A stretch of DNA of 63,863 nt, the filler included, from Octopus bimaculoides (taxonomy: Eukaryota): NCBI RefSeq assembly GCF_001194135.2. It is 4 parts of 3 records of this genome, joined end to end, with 100 filler letters (N's around TTAATTAATTAA, not from the genome) between each part and the next. Parts side by side here need not be neighbours in the genome. Positions count along the whole stretch, not along the records: positions 24,725 to 52,928 come from NC_068983.1; positions 53,029 to 62,670 come from NC_068984.1; positions 62,771 to 63,863 come from NW_026394691.1; 1 more part is not named here. One strand, 5' to 3'. Position 1 is the stretch's first letter. Each line of letters opens with the position of its first letter. The notes under the pieces were generated by a model. It did no database searches. It was not told where the DNA came from and was given only the letters and a program-made list of their open reading frames with translations. The position numbers and the translations under genes are program-made. This document shows positions 50,288 through 63,536 of this stretch, in pieces.

Positions 50288-50515
50288 TCTTTATTGTCCA
50301 CAAGGAGCTAAACATAGAGGGGACAAACAAGGACAGACAAAGGGACCAAGTTGATTACATCGACCCCAGTACGTAACTGGTACTTATTTAATCGACCCCG
50401 AAAGTATGAAAGGCAAAGTCGACCTCGGCGGAATTTGAACTCAGGACGTAGTGGCAGACGAAATACCGCTAAGTATTTCGCTTGGCATGATAACGATTCT
50501 GCGAGCTCGCCACCT
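50288..50515 (-). mobile_element. SINE family B, full length, with the ccttgtggacAATAAAgaa tail type
   Basis: Minus strand: head, core, then tttgtcccctctatgtttagctccttgtggacaataaagaa. Confidence 0.9.
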
Positions 50516-51734
50516 TCTGATAGTCATCACAATATAGTTGACCCATGAATACAGTTATGCCCCTCGTTCCCCATGGGACATAGACCATCGACGCTTATAC
50601 TCCATTGTTTTCTATCCTAGGCTGTCATTTTTTTCCTTCTCTCAATTTGGAATCTGTTTTCTTGCAGCTTTCCTTCGGATTTTTTTGCACCACGTCATGT
50701 TTCCTCGAGGGAGGTTTTCCTCTCCTAGGTATTGTTGGTTATGAATGGATATCGATGCTTCCGTAACTTGTTTTTTCTCTCGTTAGGGATGTTGGCATTA
50801 CTCAAAAACATTTCTATCTCCGGAAAAAAGGTAGACCGTATTAGTTTGGCCCCTATCCTGTGGCTTGTGTAGACCTTACCACGAGCTCGAGTTCCGGTGG
50901 TGTTGGTCTTGGGTCATTTAGACTAACAAGCTTCAACACTGCAAGAAACATTGGACCTCGTGGTAGTAACCTACGTATGGTATATGGGCAATCAATCGGT
51001 CGAACAACTAAGTACGATACACAAATTCAGTTCTTCAACTATATCATACCTCAGCCAAGTTAAGAACACTGTTGTTCTCAAAACAAGCAACAAGAGCCCA
51101 AAACACCGACACAGAACGATCTGCTTTATGTTTTTTTTGTCTTTCAGTTTTTCTAATAATCATTATAATAATCATTTAAACTTTATTATGCACAACTTGT
51201 TCGAATACTTGTATTTTTTCATGATGGATACATAGACACTCACATAGACACACGCACGTATACACACACGCACGGGCACACACACGCACCCCCACACACC
51301 CACACACACGCACCCCCCACACACGCACCCCCCACACACGCACCCCCCACACNNNNNNNNNNNNNNNNNNNNNNNNNNNNNNNNNNNNNNNNNNNNNNNN
51401 NNNNNNNNNNNNNNNNNNNNNNNNNNNNNNNNNNNNNNNNNNNNNNNNNNNNNNNNNNNNNNNNNNNNNNNNNNNNNNNNNNNNNNNNNNNNNNNNNNNN
51501 NNNNNNNNNNNNNNNNNNNNNNNNNNNNNNNNNNNNNNNNNNNNNNNNNNNNNNNNNNNNNNNNNNNNNNNNNNNNNNNNNNNNNNNNNNNNNNNNNNNN
51601 NNNNNNNNNNNNNNNNNNNNNNNNNNNNNNNNNNNNNNNNNNNNNNNNNNNNNNNNNNNNNNNNNNNNNNNNNNNNNNNNNNNNNNNNNNNNNNNNNNNN
51701 NNNNNNNNNNNNNNNNNNNNNNNNNNNNNNNNNN

Positions 51735-51777
<43 letters not shown>

Positions 51778-52344
51778 ATGTATGTGTATATATATATTGT
51801 TTTCTCTCAGACTACAATCAAGAGAAGATTGATGTGAAGTTAATTCCAGAGAAAATTTCAATTCTGGTTTGTAACAGATATTCATCTGTCAGACGAGTAA
51901 TGCCTACCTGCTCAACAACATGTATGTATACTAAGAGATCTCGTTAGAAAAAAAAAAACCAAAAAAAAAAAAACCTAGAAAAAACCCCCAAATAAATACA
52001 ATACTTGTAAATAAATAAATCTAATAATAAGTATGATAATAATGATAACATGAGAATGTTTGACAAGAGCAATCTCAAAATAAACAACCAGAAAAGCCAT
52101 TAACCAATTTTCAAGCTCGTGTCATAGAGTGCAAAATTTTGTTTCTAGGCAATAACAGAAGTTAACGCCACACTTACACAGCGTCTATTGCCAACAATGT
52201 GTGAAGGTGGTGGACAATTCCTGCTCACAATCCGTTCTCCTCACTAGACCAACACACACCTTCAGTTGTATTGTTGTCTACGGCCTAACAGAGTTATGGA
52301 GTCCCATGATCTTATTCTGTCCAGAGCACAACGACACACACAAG

Positions 52345-52392
<48 letters not shown>

Positions 52393-52661
52393 TCACGCAC
52401 ACATGCACAAACATATGTATATGTGTATGTTAAACCGATTTGCTATATATGGCCCCAACTGATTATTTGGGATATATATACATGTATACATGTATGCATA
52501 CATGTATACATAGATCCATCCATACATACATACGTATATATATATGTGTATATATATACATATATATATATGGGAGAATATACAAATAATAACAACAGAC
52601 GAGGACAGGTGGTGTAAATAACAAAAGTATATATTAGTATGACGCTCGGGAATACGGAAAG

Positions 52662-52698
52662 TCTTTGACGTTTCGAGCTACGCTCTTCAACAGAAAGA
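52662..52698 (-). ncRNA. Ultra-short hammerhead variant (A6U core) in a Penelope-like terminal remnant
   Basis: Minus strand UCUUU-CUGUUGA-A-GAGC-GUA-GCUC-GAAAC-GUC-AAAGA. Stem I 5 bp and stem II 4 bp are both perfect. Confidence 0.65.
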
Positions 52699-52928
52699 AT
52701 ACGGAGACAAGGAGAAAAACACGGAGAAAAAATTGAATAGTGTTCAGTCAACGGTCAATCATAATAATGGCCGATCATAACAATGGCTGACCGGAAGTTA
52801 GAAATTCTTATTTCAGGAGAGCTAAGAAAGGGGGAGATAACAAACGGTGATCGGGAACGAGGGGCTGTGTGTGGGAGGTAGAATGCTGGTGATCTTGACG
52901 TATGTAGTGTGAAAGTGGGGAAGGGAGA

Positions 52929-53028
52929 NNNNNNNNNNNNNNNNNNNNNNNNNNNNNNNNNNNNNNNNNNNNTTAATTAATTAANNNNNNNNNNNNNNNN
53001 NNNNNNNNNNNNNNNNNNNNNNNNNNNN
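52929..53028. other. Assembly spacer (100 bp, containing TTAATTAATTAA)
   Basis: Same structure as 24625-24724. Confidence 0.95.
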
Positions 53029-53829
53029 CCTTATGTATCCACTATTTGTTTTTATTTGCTTTTTCCCTCTGAGAAAACCATTTTAAAGATTATCGTTGCT
53101 GTCTTACTACGGCACGACTTTGGGGGTCAGCACAGCAGTACTGCAATATAATGAAAACCGAAAAAAATCTACTTTCCTCAAAATCCGTTAAAATGTCAAT
53201 GTGTATACAGTCCATGAAGCTGGCGATTTATTTATTCTTTCTGTTTTAATGTGACGAGCGTTCAATTGACACACGATGATTGTTTTCATTTGTGATTTGC
53301 CGCTAAACCCTATTTTATAATCGAACTAACTTCAAACGCGTAATCACATTATTTACAGACTTACGTCAGATATGGTATTCTTTTTATAGATTTATAGATT
53401 TTCTTCTTCATCAAGAGTTAGCCTTAAATCTGTAAAAACCACTTTACTGTACGTGAATTATATTGTGCTCTCAATGTGGGAATGCTACACTAAACTTCTT
53501 ATGATACCCCATGCGTTACCACATTTTTCTTGAGTAATATTAAACCTTGCTAAATATACTCAATTGCCTTCTACCACACTTGTACAAAAACTTGTGCATC
53601 TACTGAAAGAAAACCGTTTTACTTTTTCATTTTTGGGACTCAGGTCTGACGTCTATTTCTTCAAAGAAAACCAAATAAAATCTTTATGCAGTTTCCGTTT
53701 TCGGTTTGGTTTTTTTTTTTTCAATTGTTTTCTTTATTGTTTTGACTTAGTTTTTTTTTATTTTCTAATGCAATAATCAATATGATTGGACAAAAAGAAT
53801 GACGTTCGAACAAACCCAATCGCTATCCG

Positions 53830-54200
53830 TGGCTGACTGGTAATAAGTTTGCTGCACAATCACATGGTCTCGAGTTCAGTCCCACTGTGTGGCATCTTGG
53901 GCAAGTGTCTCCTACTGACCAAGGCCTTATGAGTGGATTCGGTAGACGGAAACTGAAAGAAACCCGCATATGTGTGTGTCTGTCTATATATGTCTGTGTG
54001 TGTGTTTGTCCCCAATACCGTTTTACAACTGGTGTTGGTGTGTTTACGTCCCCGTAACCTAGCGATCGACAAAAGATTCCTACAAAATAACTACCAGGCT
54101 TTAAAAAAAGTCCTGGAGTCGATTCATTCGGCTAAAAGTTCTCTGAGGCGGTGCTCTAGCATGGCTGCAGTCAAATGACTGAAACAAGTAAAATGTAAAG
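53830..54200 (+). mobile_element. SINE family A, near full length
   Basis: Head, ttgggcaagtgtc CORE-like motif, gtagacggaaactgaaagaa, tail gcagtcaaatgactgaaacaagtaaaa. Confidence 0.9.
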
Positions 54201-54412
54201 AAAAGAAAATATATATACACATTATATTATATATATATATATATGGATATATATATATGTTTGTATATACAAACATATATACATCTGTATATATGGTGTG
54301 TACCACTCTCTTTCCTTCCGTCTTCAAGGAAGAAATCTTACATCTAAGATGTTAAATGAAAGAAATTCATCTTTGATCTTCTTTCCTTTAATATCTCAAA
54401 TGTAAGATCTCT

Positions 54413-54503
54413 TCCCTGAAAACAGAGTCTCGTATCGTCCTACGATGGAATCAATCTACAAACATTATTTTGGACGACTGATCCTCCAGAAACAGCTGTT
54501 GGA
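54413..54503 (+). ncRNA. Degenerate hammerhead motif
   Basis: UCC-CUGAAAA(G8A)...CUCCA-GAAAC-AGCU-GUU-GGA. Stem II is poorly paired. Confidence 0.35.
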
Positions 54504-54813
54504 TTTGTAATACTTTTCTTCAAACTCTTTAATTCTCTATACCATTTGTATTCTGTGTAGGTCGGACCTATTTGCATGTAAACATAATATACACTTTTCG
54601 TTTTTCATGCATTTAATATACGTTATATATCGATCTACCTAACTTGCTTCATCAAAGAAGCGGAAATACTTCCGGGTTGCTTTGGGTACCCATGTGGAGA
54701 CAGGAATAAAAATTCAACATTGAATATATTCCGTGTATATATTTGATAAATAAATTCAAAAAGGGATAAAACTCTTTTACAAGAATTTTATCAAGGAGCC
54801 AGTATATATATAT

Positions 54814-54874
<61 letters not shown>

Positions 54875-55010
54875 CACACATACATACACACATATAAAGA
54901 ATATGTTCACTGGTGATTTAAACGAAGAGGCACGCTGAGTAAGTGCTATAATTGGTCATCCGTATCTCAAGTTATTAATAATAATTTAATTATGGTAAAG
55001 TGAATTTAAA

Positions 55011-55086
55011 GTCTTACAGCTGTTTCTGGGATATCCCAAGTGATTGACTAGCATGTCCGTACATTGGGTATTCCGTCATCAGAGAC
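55011..55086 (-). ncRNA. Penelope-type hammerhead ribozyme motif
   Basis: Minus strand GUCU-CUGAUGA-stem II (..CCCAA/UUGGG..)-GAAAC-AGCU-GUA-AGAC. Core intact; the closing pair of stem II is a C.A mismatch. Confidence 0.7.
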
Positions 55087-55514
55087 AAGGTGAGTAGGTA
55101 TGAAAGTTTTAGACAGGGAAATTCACAGATTATAAGAAATAAAATAGATTAAATAATAGAAATAGATAGAAGAATACAGACAGGAGAATAAAGTTCACAG
55201 TTCATATAAAGTTCGACCCCTCGTTCTGGGTCTCTCCAGATACATCAGTAAAAAAGCTGCATTAGAGATTTCTTGTGTTGGTTTGCTTACTGCTATATGT
55301 CCATCAAATTCGAGAGCGAAGAAAATTATTATATATCGTTAATAATAAATTAGTAGCGATATATATTAATCATTAAACATTATATTAATTATTAATGACA
55401 TAAGCAATATTAATGGCAAAAGGTAATCATCAGTTCCAACTTAACATGGATGTCTTATTAAATAACCGGTTACTACTTTATTAGCCATCTTGATTTGGAC
55501 GGCCTGATGCTACA

Positions 55515-55595
55515 GTTGGAGACACTTGGCCAAGGTGCCACTGAACCTGGAACCATACGGTTAAGAAGCAAACTTCTTACCACACAGCCACGCCT
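55515..55595 (-). mobile_element. SINE family A head fragment
   Basis: cttggccaaggtgccactgaacctggaacc..gcaaacttcttaccacacagccacgcc. Confidence 0.75.
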
Positions 55596-56122
55596 CATAT
55601 TTATTTCCTTATTTGGTAATTTATTTGTATGGCATCATACAATTTTTAATATTAAGTACAAATATAAGGTTTCGATCTCCTTCTGGCAAATAAAGCAATC
55701 GTTGTAATTTTACTGAATTCTTTCCATTGTATCGTAATATAGCATTTCACTTGCCCTTGAGGCTATTACAGGATTCATTGTTTTCAATAGTATAGCCTTT
55801 GTAATTGTTGTTCCTGATATTCTTATCATCGGCTGTAGTTGCCCTTGTTGTTATTGCAAATACGTTCAATCATTAATCAATAAGTATAACGAGACGTGAA
55901 TATATACCTAGAACGAAGCATGTGTAAGCATGCGTGCTCCGAATATAAGATATGGCCGTTTTCCAAATTCTAAATGAAATGTTATTTCTTCTAAGCCGAT
56001 GATGGTTTGGTGAGCGATTAGCTTCATCAACTTCTCTGGCAGTCAGCCGTCTTACTTATTCAAGCACATACATAACGACGCTATTTAGAAAGCCCTTATA
56101 TACACATAGTAACATACATGAT

Positions 56123-56154
<32 letters not shown>

Positions 56155-56729
56155 NNNNNNNNNNNNNNNNNNNNNNNNNNNNNNNNNNNNNNNNNNNNNN
56201 NNNNNNNNNNNNNNNNNNNNNNNNNNNNNNNNNNNNNNNNNNNNNNNNNNNNNNNNNNNNNNNNNNNNNNNNNNNNNNNNNNNNNNNNNNNNNNNNNNNN
56301 NNNNNNNNNNNNNNNNNNNNNNNNNNNNNNNNNNNNNNNNNNNNNNNNNNNNNNNNNNNNNNNNNNNNNNNNNNNNNNNNNNNNNNNNNNNNNNNNNNNN
56401 NNNNNNNNNNNNNNNNNNNNNNNNNNNNNNNNNNNNNNNNNNNNNNNNNNNNNNNNNNNNNNNNNNNNNNNNNNNNNNNNNNNNNNNNNNNNNNNNNNNN
56501 NNNNNNNNNNNNNNNNNNNNNNNNNNNNNNNNNNNNNNNNNNNNNNNNNNNNNNNNNNNNNNNNNNNNNNNNNNNNNNNNNNNNNNNNNNNNNNNNNNNN
56601 NNNNNNNNNNNNNNNNNNNNNNNNNNNNNNNNNNNNNNNNNNNNNNNNNNNNNNNNNNNNNNNNNNNNNNNNNNNNNNNNNNNNNNNNNNNNNNNNNNNN
56701 NNNNNNNNNNNNNNNNNNNNNNNNNNNNN

Positions 56730-56780
<51 letters not shown>

Positions 56781-57151
56781 CATGTATATACATACATATT
56801 CATATATGTAGATATACATATACATACAGATATATGTGAATATATATATATATAAATATTTATATATGTATACACACATATACACATACACACGCACATA
56901 TAATTGCATATCGATATAATTACACATTTCCATGAACCCATACATTGTAATTGTGCGTGCGTGTGTGATTGTGTGTGAATCCACATACACACACATATAT
57001 AAATGGATAATAAATGTGAATGGAAGTGTGTATATATATATATATATATATACTGTATCTATACAAGTGTCCACACGAACTTTCAACTTTGTGTGTAAAT
57101 AAATGTGTATATCAGGCAGAACAGCAGAACATGCATATATGATCCACACTC

Positions 57152-57870
57152 GGGGTTGATGCAGTTCCGCACCTCACCCTACAGAATGCATTTTTTTTTT
57201 AATTTCTCCGAACACCTAGGTTTCAGATGTCGGAGATTACGAATATGCAAAAAAAATTTATTTTAATTTAAACCCCACCTTACCCTCCCCCCACCCCATT
57301 TTAAATGTATTGCTGTATATCGAAGTGTAGAAATTTCAATAAATCAAGTTTATAAAAAGGACTGTCTATCGGTAAACAGTAGAAATTTACGTTTTTTACA
57401 TTATTTACATTTGACGAATATTTGTCCTCATCTTGTTTGTTGTTAACACAACGTTTTGGCTGATATACCCTCCAGCCTTCGTCGGGTGTCTTGGAGAAAT
57501 TTCGAACCTGGGTTCTCATTCCTAAGGTATTTTTCGATGTTATTATCATTATGATTATTATTCAGGTCACTGCTTAGAATCGAACTCGGAATCTTGAGGT
57601 TAGTAGTCCGCGCTCTTAACCACTACGCCATATGCTCTTAAATATAGAACCGTAGAAATTGTTCTTTTGATGTTGTTAAAATCCTCGTATTTTTCCAAGT
57701 CGATCGGATCGGAAAAAATAGTTTCGAAAGAAAGTTTAAAATTTAAAATTGGAGGGTGGGGAGGTTAAGCTGGGGGTATAAAATGTTGAAAGTTTTTTTT
57801 ATCTTTTTTTGCATATTCGTAATCTCCGGCATCTAAAACCTGCGGATCGGAAGAAACTGCATTAGCCCCC
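57152..57870. mobile_element. TIR MITE hosting a nested SINE
   Basis: Termini ggggttgatgcagtt / aactgcattagcccc; 36-bp subterminal inverted repeats 57219-57254/57805-57840 with 2 mismatches. Confidence 0.8.
57388..57651 (-). mobile_element. Second copy of the hammerhead-bearing tRNA SINE, with a degenerate ribozyme at 57445-57490
   Basis: Colinear with 36560-36810. Flanked by GTAGAAATT at 57379-57387 and 57652-57660. Confidence 0.9.
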
Positions 57871-58034
57871 TACATCCGGATATATACACTAACACACAGA
57901 CACATACATGCTTCTCTCTCTCTCTCTCTCTCTCTCTCTTTATCTTCGTCGCTCGCGTGCGCGCGCATGTAATGCAGGACATGTCGATGTGAGAGAGAGG
58001 GAAGAGAGAAAGATAGCGCGCATGCGTGTGTATT

Positions 58035-58065
<31 letters not shown>

Positions 58066-58199
58066 GCGTGTGTGTGTGTGTGTGTGCGTGTGTGTGTGTA
58101 TGTGTGTCTGTGTGTGCCTCTGAGTGTGTCTTTTAGTGTGTGTGTGTTTGTAAGTATTATTATTATTAAGCGAGAGAGCAGCGCATGCCATCGATGTGA

Positions 58200-58580
58200 C
58201 CCTGGGGTACAAATATATGAGGCTCAGTATCTCCCCATCCTTGACTACTCGTTTGATGAGGGTACATCAGGCACATGCATCACAACCGTATGTGCGTGAC
58301 ATGGTGATATTCTCATATCAACATAAACAGCGCATGACCTTGCAGGTGGGACTCAGAATTTTTTTCAGGTCGTCTAACCCATCCCGCTCAATAGGTCCTA
58401 GAATAAACATTGTTTAAGGATGGTGAACGAAACACTCATGTTTCCAAAGTGAATTATCTAAAGCCCAAAGAATTCTTCTCAACACATGGCTACGATGCTC
58501 CCCCACTACTTCTGCTCATGATCAGAGATGCACATACCATCAGCCAGTAAGGGACATGCTCAACTAGTAAAAGTCAATAT
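58200..58580. mobile_element. Dispersed repeat, SINE/LINE-tail type
   Basis: The distal part matches 18405-18570. Confidence 0.55.
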
Positions 58581-59489
58581 TATCTAATATCTTGTAAGTT
58601 ACTTGAAGCCTTGTAATATGTGTAAATGATAAAAGTGTTCGATAAATCATTTCAGCAATGCAGGAGAGAAGTTTGGCACAATATGTAAAGTGATGTCATT
58701 AAATGAAAACAAAGAGAAAAGATAATGCATTACCTTACATGTTTTGTTTAATGATCCGATAATATTTCGGGAAATGTTCACCTTTTCAAATAGAAGAAAG
58801 AAAATAATCAAAGAACTCGTAGAATTATTTAATGCGTTCTTTCAAGATAGAAAGGTGTAATTTGAGAAACATTTAGCTATTGCATTTTGCAGGTCAATCG
58901 ACCATATAAAATTAAGCACCCTCGGCTCGCAAGTTATAGGTATAACTTACGTTTGTAAGTGGCGATAACTTTCCGTCGGAAGAAATGATTGCTTATATCA
59001 ATTGATACTGCATTCTAACGGCCTGAGATGAAAATTAGAATCAACCAGGCTGGATTTGAACTCAGAACATACAATGACATAAATAAATACAGCAAGATAT
59101 TTAGCTACCACGCAACCACGCTTGCGATTCTACTAATTCAGCAAGCTATCAAAGTACGGTGACTCAAGTGCGCGATATTCTTAAGAGAAAGACTACATGA
59201 ATATTATGATTAAATAACCATATACGGATAATCAATTTTCGATTTCGCTGTCTGTAAATCTGTTTAACAAATGATATTAAATATATTTTCCCTTTTCTTG
59301 TGTCTTTCATCTTACGATATCTTATGTTTCGGTGAAGATGGTGTTGATATAAAATGCAAGGAATATATCCTAGATATTTTATAGTAACTTCAGTGATTTA
59401 TGAGTTTGCATTCAATTTATACGAGATGGTATATGATATAATATGACATTATGATGCGATATGAGTGCGAGAACTCATTTGGACAATAG

Positions 59490-59900
59490 TCATTTATGGT
59501 TGCGAAGCAGAGACACTGAAGTAATTTGAAGAGAACATAATCAATGCGTATCAAACGTGGGTGTATAGGAGAATGTTACGAGTCTCTAAAAAGATCATGG
59601 GACAAATGAACGGGTGTTACAACAAGTAGGGGAAGGACAACTTCTGTACATCGTGAGAAAAAAAAAACTCACCTATTATTGCTGTATTCGAAGAGGCAGA
59701 GGTTTGGAAAACCTTATCATAGAAGGAAGAGCAGAGGGTGGTAGATGAAGGGGCAGGTAAAGAATGCAATGGGTGGTTAATATCTAGAGCTGGTTTGACA
59801 AGAGTGGCAAAGCACATGGAGAACTCGGGCTTAATTGAGAAGACTTTTGTTAAAGTGTCATCAATGCTCTGTGGGTGTATGATGCATGACGACAATTGTA
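59490..59900 (+). mobile_element. RTE-clade LINE 3' coding remnant
   Basis: INAYQTWVYRRMLRVS..TNERVLQQ..GLENLIIEGRAEGGR*RGR matches the RTE C-terminus. Confidence 0.75.
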
Positions 59901-60295
59901 TGATACGATATGCAATTATGATGTATGGTGTGATACGATGGAATGGACCACGGCTAGAATTTTCGAACAAACTAAACTACCAAACTCATCGAATAGTGTG
60001 TAAGTGGCTGAGTATACCACAGACAAGTTTACTCCAAATACAATTCTCAGAATCAGCGTGATGCAGTGTGGCAAGGATGAAGCTTTTTGAAATGGAGATT
60101 CAATAAATCCGTTGATTGGCTTCTACACAGTTTCCGTGAGCAGAAGTTCATTGACATTCTATGAATGGATCTAAAGCTATAGAAATTATACTTGTCTAAC
60201 ATGCTACACAGTCAAATCGAAACCGGGACCTCCTGACTGCGAAGTATCTCTTGACAATTCTGCCATACTTCGCCTGCAATATATATATATTTACA

Positions 60296-60364
<69 letters not shown>

Positions 60365-60365
<1 letters not shown>

Positions 60366-60740
60366 GAGGCGCAATGGTCCATTGTTTAAGATAGCGGTCA
60401 TGCGGTCATAGTATTACAGTTTCGATTCCCAGACTGGGCGTTGTGAGCATTTATTGATCGAAAACACCTAAATATCCACGAGGCTCCGACAAGGGGCGGT
60501 AGCGAACCCTGCTGTACTCTTTCACAACAACTTTCTCTCACTCTTTCTTCCTGTTTCTGATGTACCTGTAATTCAAAGGGTCAGCCTTGTCACACTGTAT
60601 CACGCCGATTCTCCCCGAGAACTACGTTACGGGTACACATGTCTGTGGAGTACTCAGCCACTTGCACGTTAATTTCACAAGCAGGCTGTTCCGTTGATCG
60701 GATCGACTGGCACCCTCGTCATCGTAACCGATGGGGAGCC
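60365..60740 (+). mobile_element. tRNA-derived SINE with an RTE-like tail
   Basis: gaggcgcaatggtcc..gtttcgattcccagac head; tail gcaggctgttccgttgatcggatc is also present on the minus strand at about 50200-50270. Confidence 0.75.
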
Positions 60741-60869
60741 ACGAATATGTGTGTGTGTGTGTGTGTGTTTATAGATATAGATATATATATGTGTGTGTGT
60801 GCGTCTGTGAGTGTAAGTATATATATATGTGTGTAGACATATTCATACATATATTTATATATGTATGTC

Positions 60870-60913
<44 letters not shown>

Positions 60914-61643
60914 CTGATCTCTCAAAACCTGCCCACAATGTTACAAATAATATACAGATGCCTGCTTTGTTTATTACATGCAATCGTCTGATCTCTTAAA
61001 GGATATAACCAAATTCTCTTCAAATCACATGCTACCTGTTTTTAAAAAGAGAAGAATATATTACATAGAGCCTACTTTGCACCTACTGTATATGAATAAA
61101 CGTTAGGATCGTCACGACCGGAACGTCTTTGATCATAAGCTTGCTAAATCAGGTTTGTCTTGGAGCTAAACAACAACAACAACAATAATGATAGCAACAA
61201 CAAGACTATAGTACAAATGTTGTTAAGTTTTCTGATTCCCTCGACACAAAACATTCATAACGATTGATTTATGTCTTTGATTCCAGAATTCAAAGCTACT
61301 TATATTCTTTATGTTCTTTGCATCTTGCAAATGCAGTTTTGAAGTTCTACTGGTTATTGGCAAAGTACGGCGATGAAGATGTAGGCGGTGGGGGGCATCG
61401 TTGTGAGGTTTTTAGACGGTTGCTTTGCGACTACGTGATTCAGGGTTCTATCTCACTGTATGGCAGTTTGGTCAGAGTCGTCTGTTATAGCCAAGAACTG
61501 ACCAATGGCTTGTGACTGACTTTGGCAGTCGGAAACTGCGCGGAATCCCGTCGTATTATTATTTTTTTCTTTTTTATATACACACAAAGGATTAGACTGT
61601 TGAAAAAGAAACAAATCCTAATATCGGGCTACAACAAGTTGCC

Positions 61644-62055
61644 TTAGATGCCAAGAACCCTCCTAAGTATCCTAGCTGTCCTTAATAACACTATTTTCTG
61701 CAGCTATATTAAACTGGGTTTTATACCTATTTCCTCTATCCATCTGTTCAGATCTTAACGGAGAGTTCCCAATGCACGTATAACTACCGGGATACATTTT
61801 ACCCGCACTTTCCATAGTCTCTGTAATTCAATAGCTAGGTCCTGGCACTCTGCTATTTTCAAAATACTTTTCATATTAATTTTTTCATTATTTGGGACTG
61901 TAAAGTCTATTCTCTTTATGTACTACTACCAAATCAGCCTTTCATCTTCTATCACTCTGTCACTTTGAACGTTGAAGTCCCACGTCTTATATTTCTTACT
62001 TTCTAGTAATTTACTAGGTTCATATTCATGTCATTTATCAGTATGCTCAAATCCT
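61644..62055 (-). mobile_element. R4/Dong-clade LINE 3' remnant
   Basis: Minus strand TWDFNVQSDRVIE..DFTVPNNEKI..QDLAIELQRLWKV..IPVVIRALG..LQKIVLLRTARILRRVLGI*. Confidence 0.85.
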
Positions 62056-62065
62056 TGCTTTCTAC

Positions 62066-62105
<40 letters not shown>

Positions 62106-62106
<1 letters not shown>

Positions 62107-62510
62107 GTATTGCCTTTGCACAGCTTCTAACGCTGTAGATGTACTACGGTGTCAGCTGTTCACTACCAGTGAACTAAGGTAACACCTCTTATTTTTCGAG
62201 CACCTTCCGGAGTATTCGAGCAGTTCCAAGCAGTGCTGTTTAATGCAAGTGCTCCACCCTTATTGCAGTCCCTATTTGTTCCACGTACTTCTCGAGATTT
62301 TTACTCATTGTTCCCAGGGCTTCGACAATTATTGGTACTGCTGCTACCTTTTTTCATCGACTACAACTGCTTAACCTCCCAAGCTAACCTGTCATGTCTA
62401 TCGACTTTTCTTTCTTACTTATCGCATACCTTGTTGTCAGCTGGGCATGCTATATCTATGATCCAGCATCGTTGCTTATTGCCATTGTTGTTGTTGTTAC
62501 TTAAAATTGT
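62106..62510 (-). mobile_element. R4/Dong-clade LINE 3' remnant with an (AAT)n tail
   Basis: Minus strand KQRCWIIDIACPADNKVCDK...ALLGTARILRKVLEK*; (ATT)n at 62067-62105. Confidence 0.85.
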
Positions 62511-62670
62511 TTGGTTCGGATCTACGTGACTTAACGTTGCGCATGAAGCCGAATCAAATTGTTTAAAATAAGAATAAATGCAACTACAACGAAATATGCT
62601 GGGCGCATTTTTCTTTAATTTGTCCACTCACACATGCGTATGTGTATGCATGTATATATATATATATATA

Positions 62671-62770
62671 NNNNNNNNNNNNNNNNNNNNNNNNNNNNNN
62701 NNNNNNNNNNNNNNTTAATTAATTAANNNNNNNNNNNNNNNNNNNNNNNNNNNNNNNNNNNNNNNNNNNN
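62671..62770. other. Assembly spacer (100 bp, containing TTAATTAATTAA)
   Basis: Same structure as 24625-24724. Confidence 0.95.
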
Positions 62771-63536
62771 GAAGGTATTATGAGATGTTTGAGGCCGTAA
62801 ATAAATAAAAAAAAAAAAAATTAAAAAAATAAAAATCTCTATCTTATCTGCATCTTGGAGATTTCGTCGTAGTATGTCAGCGAGATAATTTAGAATGGGT
62901 TTCTCATTTATATATAGCCAGAACCTGAAGACCTTAAGGAAAAACTACGAAAGAGAGAGAGAGGATGGAGGGGTAGACAGAGGCATGGCGGGAGAAAAGA
63001 TCATCATCATCATCATCATATATATATAAAGAGAGAGAGAGAGAGAGAGAGGGGGGACCAGTCAAGCAGCACATCATACATATATGTCTGAACATTGTGA
63101 TATAAATACAGTGAGAAGAACCGTTGCACCGGTACTCCTTTCCAAACACAACTAAAAACGTTTGTACCAGGGATCATGTATGTATGGGAGTACTTATATA
63201 TACATATATGTATGTATGTATGTATGTGTGGGTGGGTATATATATGTGTCTGTCCTCCTCATACATAGTAACAGTGACTTTTGACTCTTTTGGTATGCAT
63301 GTACAGCCATCTATGTATGTACATCTGAACACACATATAGGTATTCATGTGTTTATGTTTTTGTATTCATGTATATCTATATATGGTAATGTATACATGC
63401 ATATGCATGTATATATGAGTTTTTATGACTCTTTATATGGGTTTTTTTTTTATATGCTTTTTGTATGTTTTTTATATGCTTTTATATTTTTATATTTGTA
63501 TTTGAATTTTGCAAAATTCATGAATTGAATTTTGTA

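Noticed and set aside
51290-51352. 15-bp C-rich minisatellite (G-quadruplex-capable on minus)
   Set aside because: A simple expansion at a gap edge; its extent is unknown and nothing indicates function.
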